This document shows positions 37,570 through 51,495 of a DNA stretch of 64,000 bases, one piece after another (positions within the stretch are counted from its first letter, which is position 1; each line of letters starts with the position of its first letter). The stretch is taken from NCBI RefSeq assembly GCF_004010195.1, contig NC_057728.1:49151065-49215064 (forward strand), given 5' to 3'. Made by a program: the position numbers and the translations under genes. The notes under the pieces were generated by a model, which searched no databases, was not told the origin of the DNA, and worked only from the letters and a program-made list of their open reading frames with translations. The DNA comes from Chiloscyllium plagiosum (Eukaryota).

Positions 37570-40499
37570 CCTCTACTAACTCAAGTTCCCAAACTTGGGT
37601 TCCTCAAATCAATACCTTGCATTTGAAATATAAAGCTACTTAAAAGGTGCTTGTGTTGTGACTGCCTTTTGAATGCAGTGGGGTAAACCATGTGGATTTT
37701 AGAATGAACAGAAAGTCCTCTTTCACTCTGACCCCAGATCATCACTTGTGAAGCTTTACCCCTTTTATACTCTCTTCCCCAGCTTTTGGTCACTTGAACT
37801 AACAGTCTACTTTTGTGCCTTGGCGTCAAACTATTTCTGATTAGGCACCTATGAAGAACATTGGGGTTTTTACCGTTTTAAAGGAATGAAGTTATTTTCT
37901 TTCTTTCATGGAATGAGAGAGTCACTGGCAAGGCCAATATTTGTTGCTCATCCCCAGTTGCATTTGAATGGAGTAGTTTGCTCGGTCATTTGAGTGCGTT
38001 TAGGAGTAATCAGTGTTGAGAGTGTGAAGTCACAGGTAGTCAGATTAGGTAAGGTCAGCAGTTTTCTTTCGTTAAAGTGCATTAATGGACCAGGTTCTTG
38101 TAAACATCTGAGTCATTTCTATCTGCCATTACTGATGGATTCAGATTGGCTTTAAATTAAATCTGCAATGTATTAGTTGAAATTTAAATTCCAATAACCA
38201 CTGGAGTCATGTCTCTGAGCAATGAGCCAGTCTTGCCCCAAATACAGATGCAAGATGCAGTGTTGTTTTGGAATAGAAAAAGTAGGGGCTGGAAGAGACC
38301 ACGAGACCCCTTGCTTCACCATTTGATAAGTTCAAGATAATGAGCTGCCTGAATCCGCCTTCCTGTCTCATTCCTATATCTCCAAATTCCTTCAGTGTTC
38401 AAAATCCATTGATCTCAGTACTAAATATATGCAACAACTGAGCATGCAGAGCTATGTAGGATAGGGAATTTGAAAACTTCAAATCTTTTTGAATAAGGAC
38501 AGTGTTCGATTGCCTGTATGCAGGCATATCCCTTTAAGGCTACAGCACATCAGTTGATAAGTGAATGTTGGGTGATCTCATTCAGAGGTTAATTGCTATT
38601 CAAAGTCTGGATTTGTGAGTTGGAAAATCATGCTGCAGACCTTTCCTGCGAATTGCAAGGTACAGTCTTTGTTAAATACTTGAGTACTTTTGTACTGTTA
38701 AATGCTGTGACAGACCATGTACTGTGATGTGCCAAGCAGGCATATTTTGTTAATTGGGCATTCTGTACCCATTAATGGTTACTAAACACAACACAAAATT
38801 ATCGCAGTCAGGTTTACGTGATGCAATAGCATTTCAGTTCTTGCCAAGTTTCAGTCATGCCTCCTGTTCAGTGTTCACTGTTGTATATGGCTGCCAATAA
38901 ATCAAAAATTAACTAAGTTCATTGTGTATAGTCCAGGATCAAATGGAAATTGTCTTTTGCTGTTTTTGTTTTTTAAAACGCTTTTGTCCCTTCACTCCTG
39001 TGTATTATATTGAACAGATTAGTTTACAGGGAAAGTCTGTCTTTTAAAAACAAAACTGTACGAGCTGTTTGGCCAGATTAATGAAGTAGATTTAAAATCT
39101 CTAAAGAGGGGAGAGAGAGGTGGACAGGGAATTTGAATGTTTAGGGTTCAGGCAATTAAAGTGCAGCTGCTAATTTTGGAGTGATTGAAGTCAGGCATCC
39201 TCCAGCAGTCAAAATTGGTAGAATGCAAATACCTTAGCTTGCAGGGCATGAAGTTACTGACAGGAGGGCTGAGGTCATGGAGGGATTTGAACAAACCAAT
39301 GAGAATATAACACTAATCAGTGCAAAAAGTTCCAGATTTCAATTAATCCATGCAGAAAGACTTGTTTCCTTAAGCATGTATCAAGGCACATACACTTTGT
39401 TCTGTTCTTCAGTTTTGTGCACTTGGATCTTTCTCCTTTTCAAACAGCTAAGAATTTATTTTTGAAAAAAGGAACTTGAACATTCTTCTGGTTGTCGTCA
39501 TTACAAAAATGAGTCACGTTTGTTCGTCCGTGCAACAACAAATTTGCCTGTAGCCTAACCACTCCCAATCTAATGTGACAAAAGACAGAATTGTTCAAGG
39601 GCATATAATGTTTGTCTATTGGGATAGGAATGAAAATAAACACGTGTTGTAATCATAAGTGGCATGCTGGCTCAATGAGGAGCAGTTTCCCTCTCTTGAG
39701 TCAGAGGTTGTGGTTGAAAGCCCTGCTGCCCTTTACTTTTAGATGGTCGTGGGTTTGGAAGGTGCTGTGGAAGGATCTTTGGTGAATTCCTGCAGTGCAT
39801 CTTGTAGATTGTACACACGACTGCTACTGAACATTAGTGGAGGGAGTGGATGCTTATGGATGTGGTGCTAATCAAGCGAGCAGCTTTGTTCTGGATGGTG
39901 CCAAGCATCTTATGTTGTTGGAACTGCATTGATCCAGGCAAGTTGGGAGAATCTAATTTACTTCAAGTTTGTTGTATTGTGTGTGGTGCAGTGTAGTACA
40001 GAAATATTAATTTCTATTTTTCATAATTTCAACATTCACAAATATAAATTCCCCTGATATTTACATGCATTTTGGTGAATGTTTTCAATGATGTGAGATA
40101 TTGTGAGCTGTATTGATGGGTTTAGACCCAGGATGTGCTCTATTGTCCGCCTTAGCTCAGTGGGTAGCACTCATCTAACTGAATGCAATGGGGTTCAAGT
40201 GTTTTCATAAAATTGAGTACAAAGTGCAGACTGACACTTTTTAGTTCAGTGATGTCAGAATGTGGCACTTTTGGAGGTGCTGTCTTTCAGGTGTGACCTT
40301 GCCTGCCCTCTTAGTTGGTGGTTAAAGGTTCCATGCCACTCCTTTAGAAGAGGAGGTGGTGTATTTTCCATGTTATCTTGCACCTTATTTTATCCCTCAG
40401 ACAAGGTCACGAAAACAGGTTGTTGGTTGTAAGAGCTCGCTATATGCGGGTGAGATGATACTTCCCACATTGCAATAGTGACTATACAGCCAATTGTTT

Positions 40500-41060
40500 T
40501 TTGGCATTGGTGAGCCCAGACTTTGAGTACTGTGTGGAGTTTTGGTCTCCTTATTTGAGAAAGGATGTTTTGGCTATGGAGGGAGTGCAACAAAGGTTTA
40601 CCAGGCTGACTCCTCGTATGGCAGTACTGACGTATGAAGAGAGATTTGATTGGTAAGGGCAATATTCATTGGTGTTTTGAAGAATGAGATGGGATTTGAT
40701 GGAAACCTATAAAAGTCTAACAAGACAAGATAGGGTAAATGCAAAAAAACATGTTCCGATTGACCTGGAAGTTCAGAGCCAGGGGCACAGTCTGAAGATA
40801 CAGGGTGTACAATCTATTTAGGATGGAGATAGGAAGATTTCTTCACCCAGAGAGTGGAGTGTGTGTAGAATTCTCTAACAGTGATTGAGGCCAAAATGTT
40901 GAATATTTAAGAAGGGATCATATATATGGGTTCTTAGGGCTAAGATCCAAAGATGTGGGGAGAAAGCTGGTACAGGCTACTGAGATGGATGACTAGCTAC
41001 GATCATATTGAACAGCAGAGTAGGCTTGAAGAGGCAAATGGTCCACTCTGACTATTTTCT
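40500..41060 (+). mobile_element. Old CR1-clade 3' fragment
   Basis: ALVSPDFEYCVEFWSPYLRKDVLAMEGVQQRFTRL-like reading at 40503-40610. Confidence 0.8.
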
Positions 41061-41709
41061 ACTTTTTTTTGGGACATTGAGTTGATTTGTGAATGTAAGA
41101 CTCTTCCTCAATACTTCATGATGGAGATTTCACAGGCCATGGTGAATTTCTAGGCTTTAAAGTGAGGATTATAAAGTTGAATCCATGGCATGCATTCAAT
41201 TGCACATGAATACTCAGCTCTTGGTATTGTCAAATTCATAGAAGTTTACCACTGTATATTTCAAGATCATAGCTATTTTAGATTTAGTGATGAGAGCAGG
41301 ACTAGGCCAGTTAGCCTTTGTAGCTTGCTGCACTATTCATGATTGATCTGATTGTGGCCTCAACTCCACTTTCATACCTGCATCTCAGAAACCTTGCCTC
41401 ACTTGTCAATCAAAAATCTATCTCACTTAAACATTGGATTTAATACAGGAGAGAATGTTGATGGGGTGAGATGAAACTGGAATGGAGGATGCTTATGTAG
41501 ATCATGTATTCTGCCATAGACCAATAGGCTAGTTGTCTGTTTCTGGGCTGTCTCTTCTGTAAGTCGAATGCTTTTGTTTTCTGCATGGCTGAGATCTTCA
41601 AAATACACTTAATTTTCCTTGATAATTTTCAGGGGAATGATCCTGAATTTGTTAAATGCCTGTGCAAGGTTAATGTTTCTTTGGCTAATGAAAATTAGTG
41701 AGAGGTTCA

Positions 41710-42352
41710 GGGTGAAACTTGAAAGGGTTCAGAGAAGATTTGAGGATGTTATGATTTGGAGGTGCTGGTGTTGGACTGGGGTGTACAAAGTTAGAAATCA
41801 CGCAACACCAGGTTATCATACAGAGTGCTCCAAAAGCTAGTGCTTCCAAACAAACCTATTAGACGATGACCTGGTGTTGCATGACTTCTAACTTTATACA
41901 AGGATGTTGCCAGTGTTGGAGGATTTTAACTATAGGGAGAGGCTGAATAGGCTGGGGCTGATTTTCCCTCGAGCATTGGAGGCTGAGGGGTGATCTCAGA
42001 GGTTTATAAAATCATGAGGGGCATGGCTGGGGTAAATAGACAAAGTCTCTTCCGTGGGGTGGCAGAAGTCCAGAACTAGAAGGCATAGGTGAGGAGAGAG
42101 ATTTAAAAGGGACCGAAGGGGCACTTTTTTCCACGCAGAGTGGTGCGTGTATGGAATGAGCTACCAGAGGAAATGGTGTTGTCTAGTAGAATTACAACAT
42201 CTAAAAGTCATCTGAACAGGTATATGAATAGGAGAGGTTTAGAGGGATATGGACCAAGTGCTGGCAAATGGGACTAGATGAATCTGGTTGGCATGGACGA
42301 GTTGGACCAAAAGGTCTGTTTCTATGCTGTACATCTCCATCTGGTTATGACT
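41710..42352 (+). mobile_element. CR1/HER1 3' fragment, interrupted at about 41746-41897 by a short inverted Penelope-type piece
   Basis: VKLERVQRRF...RMLP resumes after the insert; the insert matches the 35425-35550 family and is self-inverted. Confidence 0.8.
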
Positions 42353-43227
42353 GAGATAACAGCATATGTGACCTGCATTTCAACTTTTGATCAGCTTTTT
42401 TCAGTTTTGACAGTACACAATTGAAGGCTTAATTTAGCAAGGTGCAAAGTGGCCCAGATGTAGCACCGAGAGATGTATTGTTGATCTCGCTGGCATTTGC
42501 CCATCTGATTGCCCTCCTGAATATGACAGTGAACCTAGGCCTCAAACTGATGCAGTCCATGTAGCATCGATCCATGGTTTGGGAGAGTGTTCCAGGAGTT
42601 TGACCTAGTGACAGTGAAAGAATGATTATAGTTCCAAGTTAGAATGGTGTGGGCTTTGGAGGGGACCTTGCAGGTAAATGTCTCTATGCATCTACTGTTC
42701 CTGTCCTTCTAGCTGGTGGCCAAGAATATATTGACTTGTTTTGAAAGCTGTTTGAGGTCATTTATAAAACTGATGTATTAGAATCATATGATAAAGGAAG
42801 CTATTCAGCCCATTGTGCATGTGCCAGCAAATTGCTACAGCTATCTTGTTAGCCCCTTAGAATCCCAAACCACTTGAGCCATTGGATCTTTCAGAATCTC
42901 AAATGAAGAATAATATTGGGAAATAGCAAGAGTTTACTCTTCTGTTCAAAGAAGGAGACAGACAAAGCATGAAACTATAGGTATAATGTCTGTCATGGAA
43001 AGATGGGAGAATCTATTATTGAGGAAATTATAATAAGGCACTTGGAAGATCATAAGGCAATCATGCAGAATTAAAAGGGTTTTGTGATAGGTATCAGCTT
43101 TGACTAATTTAAGGTTTTTGAAGAAGCAGTAAGCTATGTAGAAGGCAGGCTTTGGAGTGTATACTTTGGGAAGGTATTTGACAAGATGCCACATCAAAGA
43201 TTACTGCACAAAATAAGTATTCACTTC

Positions 43228-46200
43228 TGGGAAATCCAAGATGGAGGGTGGGAAAAATTTCTGGCTGTAACAGCTGCTCCTTTTTTTTTTTGAGGTATTT
43301 TAGGTGCTGGAGGTGATTTCCTCAAATTCCAGGAGCAGCAATTACTGTTTTATATGCTGTTGCATTGTTTTGGAACTTTGGGAAAAAAAAAGTCAAAACA
43401 ACAGCAGTTTTAAAAGGGAGAAAAGCAGACAAAGGAAGCATATGGTGAGGACAGTGCAGGAGAGAGAGAGAGACAACCTGCACAGTTACTGCCTTTGCTG
43501 TTTTTGAATGCATATATCGCTGGACATCAGAGTGCGTCTGGGAAAATTAAGTGAAATTCGTAACTAATCTTGGAGGAACCTGTTTGGACGAAGTTCACAG
43601 CACAGAGTCAGATAAGTTAATCGTTGTTTTAAGTGTGTACAACAGAAAGGCTGCAGTAGTGAGTAGAGTGGGTTCTTTCTTGATTATGTTTTTGGAGATA
43701 TGTCTCTTGATTAAACTTTAAAATATAAGGTATAACTATTAATTTAACCTGGGGCAATGTTTTGTAGAAGAGTAAGACGGTGTTATTTCTGGGTCTGCAG
43801 ATAGTGAAGGAGCAAAAATGGCCTTTAGTACAGTGATATGTACTTGTTGTCAGATGTGGGAATCTAAAGAGAGTTTAAGGGTTACTGCAGATTATATCTG
43901 CCATAAATGCTGTTGGATGTGAATCTTATCAGATCGGTTGGACAGACAGTTAGAAGCGATGAAGAATTTGCAACAGTATGTGATGGATGGCAGTTTTGGA
44001 AGGGGGGAAAGTCTCAGATACAGTAGCATAGATGGGTTAACTCCAGGAAGGGTAAGGGAGGTAGGTACCTAGGGCAGGAGTCTTTTGTGGATATACCCAT
44101 TTCAAACAAGTATGCGGTTTTGGAAAATGTAGGGGGTGATGGATTCTCAAGGGAACGTAGCACAAACAGCCAAGTTTCTGGTATTGAGACTGGCTCTAAT
44201 GCAACGAGGGGTACATTGGCTTCCAAGAGATCAATTGTGTTAGGGGATTCTGTAATCAGAGATACAGACAGACGTTTCTGTGGCCAGCAGAGAAAAAGCA
44301 GAATGGTGTGTTGTTTCCCTGGTGCCAGGATCAAGGATGTCTCAGAGGGTGCAGAATGTTCTCATGGAGGAGAGGGACCAGCAAGAGATCATTGGTTCCA
44401 ATGTGGACAATGACATAGGAAGGGAAAAGGTTGAGATTCTGAACGGAGATTAGAGACTTAGGCAGAAATCTAAAAAGGAGGTCCTCAAGGGTAGTAATAT
44501 CTGGATTACTCCCAGTGCTACAAGCTAGTGAGGGCAGGAATAGGAGGATAGAGCAGATGAATGCATGGCTGAGGAGCTGGTGTCTGGGAGAAGGATTCAC
44601 ATTTTTGGATCATTGGAATCTCTTTTGGGGTAGAAGTGACCTGTACAAGGATGGATTGCACCTAAATTGGAAGGGGACTAATATACTAGCTGGGAAATTT
44701 TTGTTAGAGCTGGTCTGGAAGATTTAAACTAGTAAGGTGAGGGGGGGTGGGATCCAGGGAGATAGTGAGGAAAGAGATCAATCTGAGACTGGTACAGTTG
44801 AGAACAAAGAGATCAATCTGAGACTGGTACAGTTGAGAACAGAAGGGAGTCAAACAGTCACGGCAAGCAGGGACAAGGTAGGACTAATAAATTAAACTGC
44901 GTTTATTTCAATGCAAGGGGCCTAACAGGGAAGGCAGATGAACTCTGGGCATGGTTAGGAACATGGGACTGGGATATCATAGCAATTATGGAAACATGGC
45001 TCAGGCATGGGCAGGACTGGCAGCTTAATGTTCCAGGATACAAATGTTACAGGAAGGATAGAAAGGGAGTCAAGAGAGGAGGGGGGTGGTGTTTTTGATA
45101 AGGGATAGCATTACAGCTGTGCTGAGGGAAGATATTCCTGGAAATACATCCAGGGAAGTTATTTGGGTGGAACTGAGAAATAAGAAAGGGATTATCACCT
45201 TTATTGGGATTATATTATAGACCCCCTAATAGTCGGAGGGAAATTGAGAAACAAACTTTTAAGAAAATCTCCGCTATCTGTAAGAATAATGTGGTGGTTA
45301 TGGTAGGGGAATTTAACTTTCCAAACATAGACTGGGACTGCCATAGTTTTAAGGGTTTAGATGGAGAGGAATTTAAGTGTGTACAAGACAATTTTCTGAT
45401 TCAGTATGTGGATGTACCGACTATAGAAGGTGCAAAACCTGACCTACTTTTGGGAAATAAGGCAGGGCAGGTGACTAAGGTGTCAGTTGGGGAGCACTTT
45501 GGGGCCAGCGATCATAATTCTATTGGATTTAAAATAGAGATGGAAAGGATAGACCAGATCTAAAAGTTGAAGTTCTAAATTGGAGAAAGGCCAATTTTTA
45601 CAGTATTAGACAAGAACTTTCGAAAGCTGATTTGGGGGCAGATGTTCGCAGGTAAAGGGATGGCTGGAAAATGGAAGGCCTTCAGAAATGAGATAATGAG
45701 AATCCAGAGAAAGTATCTTCCTGTTAGGGTGAAAGGAAAAGCTGGTAGGTGTAGGGAATGCTGGATGACTAAAGAAAGTGAGGGTTTGGTTAAGAAAAAG
45801 AAAGAAGCATATCTAAGGTATAGACAGGATAGATCGAGTGAATCCTTAGAGTATAAAAAAAGTAGGAGTATATTTAAGAGGGAAATCAGGAGGGCAAAAA
45901 GGGGACATGAGATAGCTTTGGCAAATAGAATTAAGAAGAATCCAAAGGGTTTTCACCCATACATTAGGACAAAAGGGTAACGAGGGAGAGAATAGGGCCC
46001 CTCAAAGGTCAGTAAGGTGGCAGAAAATGGGGAGATACTAAATGAATATTTTGCATCAGTATTTACTGTGGAAAAGGATATGGAAGATATAGACTGTAGG
46101 GAAATAGATGGTGGCATCTTGCAAAATGTCCAGATTACAGAGGAGGAAGCGCTGGATGTCTTGAAACGGGTAAAGGTGGATAAATCCCCAGGACCTGATC

Positions 46201-47746
46201 AGGTGTACCCGAGAACACTGGGAAGCTAGAGAAGTGATTGCTGGGCCACTTGCTGAGATATTTGTATCATCGATAGTCACAGGTGAGGTGCCAGAAGACT
46301 GGAGGTTGGCTAACTTAGTGCCACTATTTAAGAAGGGTGGTAAGGACAAGCCAGGGAACTATTAACCAGTGAGCCTGAAGTCGGTGGTGGGCATGTTGTT
46401 GGAGGGAGTCCTGAGGGACAGGATGTACATGTATTTGGAAAGACAAGGACTGATTAGGGATAGTCATCATGGCTTTGTGCATGGGAAATCATGTCTCACA
46501 AACTTGATTGATATTTTTGCGGAAATAACAAAGAGGATTGATGAGGGCAGAGTAGCAGATGTGATCTATATGGACTTCAGTAAGGCGTTCGACAAGGTTG
46601 CCCATGGGAGACTGATTAGCAAGGTTAGATCTCATGGAATACAGGGAGAACTAGCCATTTGGATACAGAACTGGCTCAAAGGTAGAAAACAGAGGATGGT
46701 GGTGGAGGGTTGTTTTTCAGATTGGAGACCTGTGACCAGTGGAGTGCCACAAGGATCAGTGCTGGGCCCCCTACCTTTTGTCATTTACATAAATGATTTG
46801 GATGCAAGCATAAGAGGTACAGTTAGTAAGTTTGCAGATAACACCAAAATTGGAGGTGTAGTGGACAGCGAAGAAGGTTACCTCCGATTACAACAGGATC
46901 TTGACCAGATAGGCCAATGGTCTGAGAAGTGGCAGATGGAGTTTAATTCAGATAAATGTGAGGTGCTGCATTTTGGGAAAGCAAATCTTCACAGGACTTA
47001 TACACTTAATGGTAAGGTCCTAGAGAGTGTTGCTGAACAGAGACCTTGGAGTACAGGTTCATAGCTTGTTGAAAGTGAAGTCGCAGGTCGCTAGGATAGT
47101 GAAGAAGGCGTTTGGTATGCTTTCTTTTGCTAGTCAGAGTATTGAGTACAGGAGTTGGGAGGTCATGTTGCGGCTGTACAGGACATTGGTTAGGCCACTG
47201 TTGGAATATTGCGTGCAATTCTGGTCTCCTTCCTGTCGGAAAGATATTGTGTAACTTGAAAGGGTTCAGAAAAGGTTTACAAGAATGTTGCCAGAGTTGG
47301 AGGTTTTGAGCAAAAGGGAGAGGCTGAACAGGCTGGGGCTGTTTTCCCTGGAGCGTCAGAGGCTGAGGGGTGACCTTATAGAGGTTTACAAAATTGAGGG
47401 GCATGGATAGGGTAAATAGGCAAAGTCTTTTTCCTGTGGTTGGGGAGTCCAGAACTAGAGGGCATAGATTTAGGGTGAGAGTGGAAAGATATAAAAGAGA
47501 CCTAAGGGGCAACGTTTTCACGCAGAGGGTGGTACGTGTATGGAATGAGCTGCCAGAGGATGTAGTGGAGGCTGGTAAAATTGCAACATTTACGAGGCAT
47601 TTGGATGGGTATATGAATAGGAAGGGTTTGGAGGGATACGGGCCGAGTGTTGGCAGATGGGACTGGATTGGGTTGGGATACCTGGCTGCATGGACGGGTT
47701 GGACCCAAGGTCTGTTTCCATACTGTACATCTCTATGATTCTATGT
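43228..47746 (+). mobile_element. Near full-length decayed CR1-clade (HER1-like) LINE
   Basis: 5' UTR; ORF1 with Cys motifs (CTCCQMW...YICHKC) and SGNH-esterase motifs (VLGDSVIR, CFPGARIKDV, DGLHLN); ORF2 APE endonuclease (YFNARGL, YRPPNS, SDHNSI) and RT (DFSKAFDKV, GVPQGSVLGP, FADNTK); ctctatgattctatg tail. Many frameshifts and stops. Confidence 0.95.
44771..44840 (+). repeat. 35-bp tandem duplication inside the CR1
   Basis: aaagagatcaatctgagactggtacagttgagaac occurs twice. Confidence 0.95.
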
Positions 47747-50700
47747 ATTTTTTCTTTGGAGAAGTTAACTGATGCATTGGCATGGAGTGAAGATTGGTTA
47801 GTTGACAAGAAACAAAGGATGGAAATAATTGGGCCACTTTTTGTTTCACAAGCTGTGACAAATTGTGCCCAACAGAAATCAGTATAGAGGTCTCAATTAT
47901 TTACAATTCCTATTAATAAAATGGATGAAAGTACTGAATGTATGATTGCTAAATTTGCTGATAAGAAGATAGATAGGCAAGTGGTTTGTGAAAAGGATGC
48001 AAGGGGTCTGCAAAAGGAATGTAGATGGGTAAGTACACGGGCAAAAAATTGGCAGGTGGAATATGAAGTGGGTAAATATGAACTTGTCCACTTAGGCAGA
48101 AAGAATATTTATTTATTGTTAAATGGAGGGAAACTCTGTGGTATTCAGGGATCTGGGAGTCCTGGGTATGGAAATGATCAACGTGTTATTCGGTACAGCA
48201 GGAGATTGGAAATGCTGTAGATTATTGCAAGGAGGAATAAACATCAAAGTAGAGATTATTTGTATACTGTGGTGAAATCACATCTGGGAATACTGAGAGG
48301 TTTTGGACACCCCATTTAAGAAAAGGTGTAAGTGCAGTTCAAGGAAGGCTTGCTTGACTGCTTCATGGGTTTGGGACAGTTATTCTACGAGGCAAGGCTT
48401 GACAGGCTGGGCCTGTATCTATTCGCGTTTAGAAGGATACTTTGAAACATATTTGATTCAAAAGGAAAATACTGCAGTCACTATATTGGAAAAGTTACTT
48501 TGATTTTGAGGTGGTTTGTTATATTAATTAACAAATTGGTCAGTATTGTTTGATAATGGGTTTGCTGTGAATAATGAGTGATTATTCTAATAGAAAGCTT
48601 GTTTGACTACTAAGATTTGAATTATATTCAGTATGAAATGCCAGTCACTATGTTAAGTAATGCTGTGATCATGAGGATAAGCAGGATTTCCTCCCTGTTC
48701 AACAGCAACCAGGTGATCTAATCATTGTCACACTGTGATATGTGGGAATTTGCATTATGCAAATGAATTGCTGCATACTGAAGTACAGGTACAGCACTGG
48801 AACATCCTGGGGTTGTGAAAGACCCAAATAAATGCAAAAACTTGTTTTCTTTCCTATCTGAGTAGCAACTTTTCAGACTGTTATGTTCTGCCTTGTGGGC
48901 ATTTCTCAATTCGCTCCATGACCTCAGCTGAATCAGTGCAACAAGGCCAGAATCTGTTGCTGAACAGTTTTTCTTTGGAAAAAAGCCTACCGAATGCCAG
49001 TCTGAAAGCTGGTCAAAGAGAATTTCTCTCTGTCACAGCTGTGTGGCACTTCAGAAAAGACAAAATTGCATTTCAGTAGCACCTTTTCACAACATCAACA
49101 TGCCAAAGTATTTCAGAGCCAGTGATGTACTTCTGAAATGTAGTGTAATCCCAACTGTTGGCACCTCAGAACAAGTCAGATCCGAGACTGAAACCTGAAT
49201 TGATAGATGATATGTTTTTGTTTACTTAACATGGTTACTCACAGCATATTCACAATAGGCTGTAGATATTCTTACACAACACAAGTTTATTACACAAAAG
49301 ATGAAAAAGCAAACAAAAAAATTCTATATCTCGGACAGTTAGATCTTGCAGCAAACAGCAAAAGAGAAAGTTTCAACCTGTATCCCAACCATATCTATTA
49401 CAGAAACTCCAGTCCAGAGAAATTGTCTTTCTTCTCCAATCTTAAGTTTCCAATTGACTGGTGCTGTCCAGTTTCTTTACTGTGGACTGCAGAGACAATT
49501 TTGCACTTGGCATAAACCTTTCACAGTTCTGAGGGCTTAAATTTTTCCGTTCTAACTACTTGAAGACTGCTATGCAAGCTTATCCGGCTTGGAAACTCGA
49601 GGCGAGAAAGAACTTGACGTGAATGGCCAACTGAACTGAATTAGTTCTCCTATTAAAAGAATATTGTTCTCCCTTCTGAATTAATCTTTCTTTTTCTCAT
49701 CAGCTGGACAAAAGAAAAACCAAAGATCCATGGATGCTGGAAATCCAAAACAAACAGAAATTGCTGGAGCAATCCACTCCATGATTGGTCCAACAATATT
49801 TTAAAAATAAAAACCTGAACTCTCTTGCTCTGAAGTCAAAGCAAAACTAGTGACTTTGTTCTGTTTACTCTGTGCATCAAAAAGTCATCCATTGTAACTT
49901 TCAAGACATCACTGCAGGCATATTCTGCCTTATTTAGGTCACTATCCAAATGACTTACTGACCTTTCTTTAAAAAAGACTTGAAAGACCTAATAGATCTC
50001 TCAATTTTAAAATTAAAAGTTGCTCTCACTCTTTATGCACCTTCTCTGCAGCTGTAACGTTGTATTCTTAGGTCTGTTTGATTACCCTAATGCACTTTGT
50101 ATGGTATGATCTGCTTGTACTGCACACAAAACAAAACTTTTCACTCTCCCCAGGTTTATGTGACAATAATAATAAATCATATCAAAATCCTTCTGCCTCT
50201 CTCTTAAAATCCACCTTCCAAAAATGATTTTTTAAAATATGTGATGTGGTCTTTGTTGGCGAGGACTGCATTGATTACCCATCTCTAATTGCCCAGATAA
50301 CAGTTGAGTCAACCACATTTCAGTTGGTCTGAAATGAAACCAAGGCCAAAGTGGATAAGGATGGCAAATTTCCTTTCCGAGAGGACTGGAGTGAGCGAGG
50401 TGGGTTTTGATGACAATAGACAGTGGTCACTAAAATAAATCACAACTGTGGATGGTGAAGATCTGAAATGATAAAAAATGCTGGAGAAACTTTAACTCCA
50501 CAGATGTTGGCAGACCAGTTTATGTTTTGTGCCTAGTGACCCTTCTTCAAAATGTGAATGAGGGCCACTGGATTCAAAACATCAACTCTGCTTTCTCTCC
50601 ATGGATGCTGCCAAATCTGCTGAGTTTTTCTTGCAATTATTTTCTGCTTTTATTATATGCTTATTGTTAGGCTAGTTTTCAGTTATAGAATGTAAATTTC

Positions 50701-51164
50701 ACCATCTGCTGTGGATCCATGTCTCCAGGTGTTCTGGGTTCCAATGACATTACTACGAGGTTGTCACCACCCCCGGTTAGACAGCTTTCAGCATTATTAA
50801 CCATTGTTGTGATATAGGAAACATAGGAGTCAATTTGCACATGTCAAGTTTGCACAGACAGCAATCAGACGATCCCCCAACAATAGCCTAGAATTTAAGG
50901 GGCAATGATGGTGAGTTTAATTGTGCTGCCAATATGCAAGTCTCAATTTGTGAGGTAGGAATTGTGAATTCCTTGTGAAATGCTACACACTTACTGAATA
51001 TTTTGTGCAATTCTGTCATTAACATCAAGAAAATGACGGATCTCTCCCAGTCCCCCGTCCAGTTTCATGAAATTGCATCTTATTACAACCAGGTGAGGAA
51101 GGGAGTGCACTCCTCTATTTTGAAACACAGCATGCTCGCCTGCACTGAGTACTTTTATTTCTTT

Positions 51165-51495
51165 AGATTAGATTAGATTATGTACAATATGGAAACAGGC
51201 CCTTCAGCCCAACAAGTGCACACTGACCCTTTGAAGAGTGACCCAGCCAAACCCATTCCCCTACCGTATATTTACCCCTGACTAATGTATCTAACACTAC
51301 GGACAATTTAGCATAGCCAATTCACCTGACCTGCACATCTTTGGACTGTGGGAGGAAACTAGAGCACCCGGAGGAAACCCACGCTGACACTGGGAGAATG
51401 TGCAAACTCCACACACAGTCGCCTGAGGCAGGAATTGAACCTGGGTCCCTGGTACTGTGAGGCAGCAGTGCAAACTACTGAGCTCCCGTGCCACC
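51165..51495 (-). mobile_element. HE1-type SINE
   Basis: (ttaga)n tail and SINE core. Confidence 0.9.

Noticed and set aside
37340..37570. Possible C/D snoRNA (TGATGA) in the tandem unit
   Set aside because: No suitably placed D box or terminal stem.
40148..40210. tRNA-like sequence (agctcagtgggtagcac...ggttcaagt)
   Set aside because: No cloverleaf; more likely the decayed head of an old SINE.
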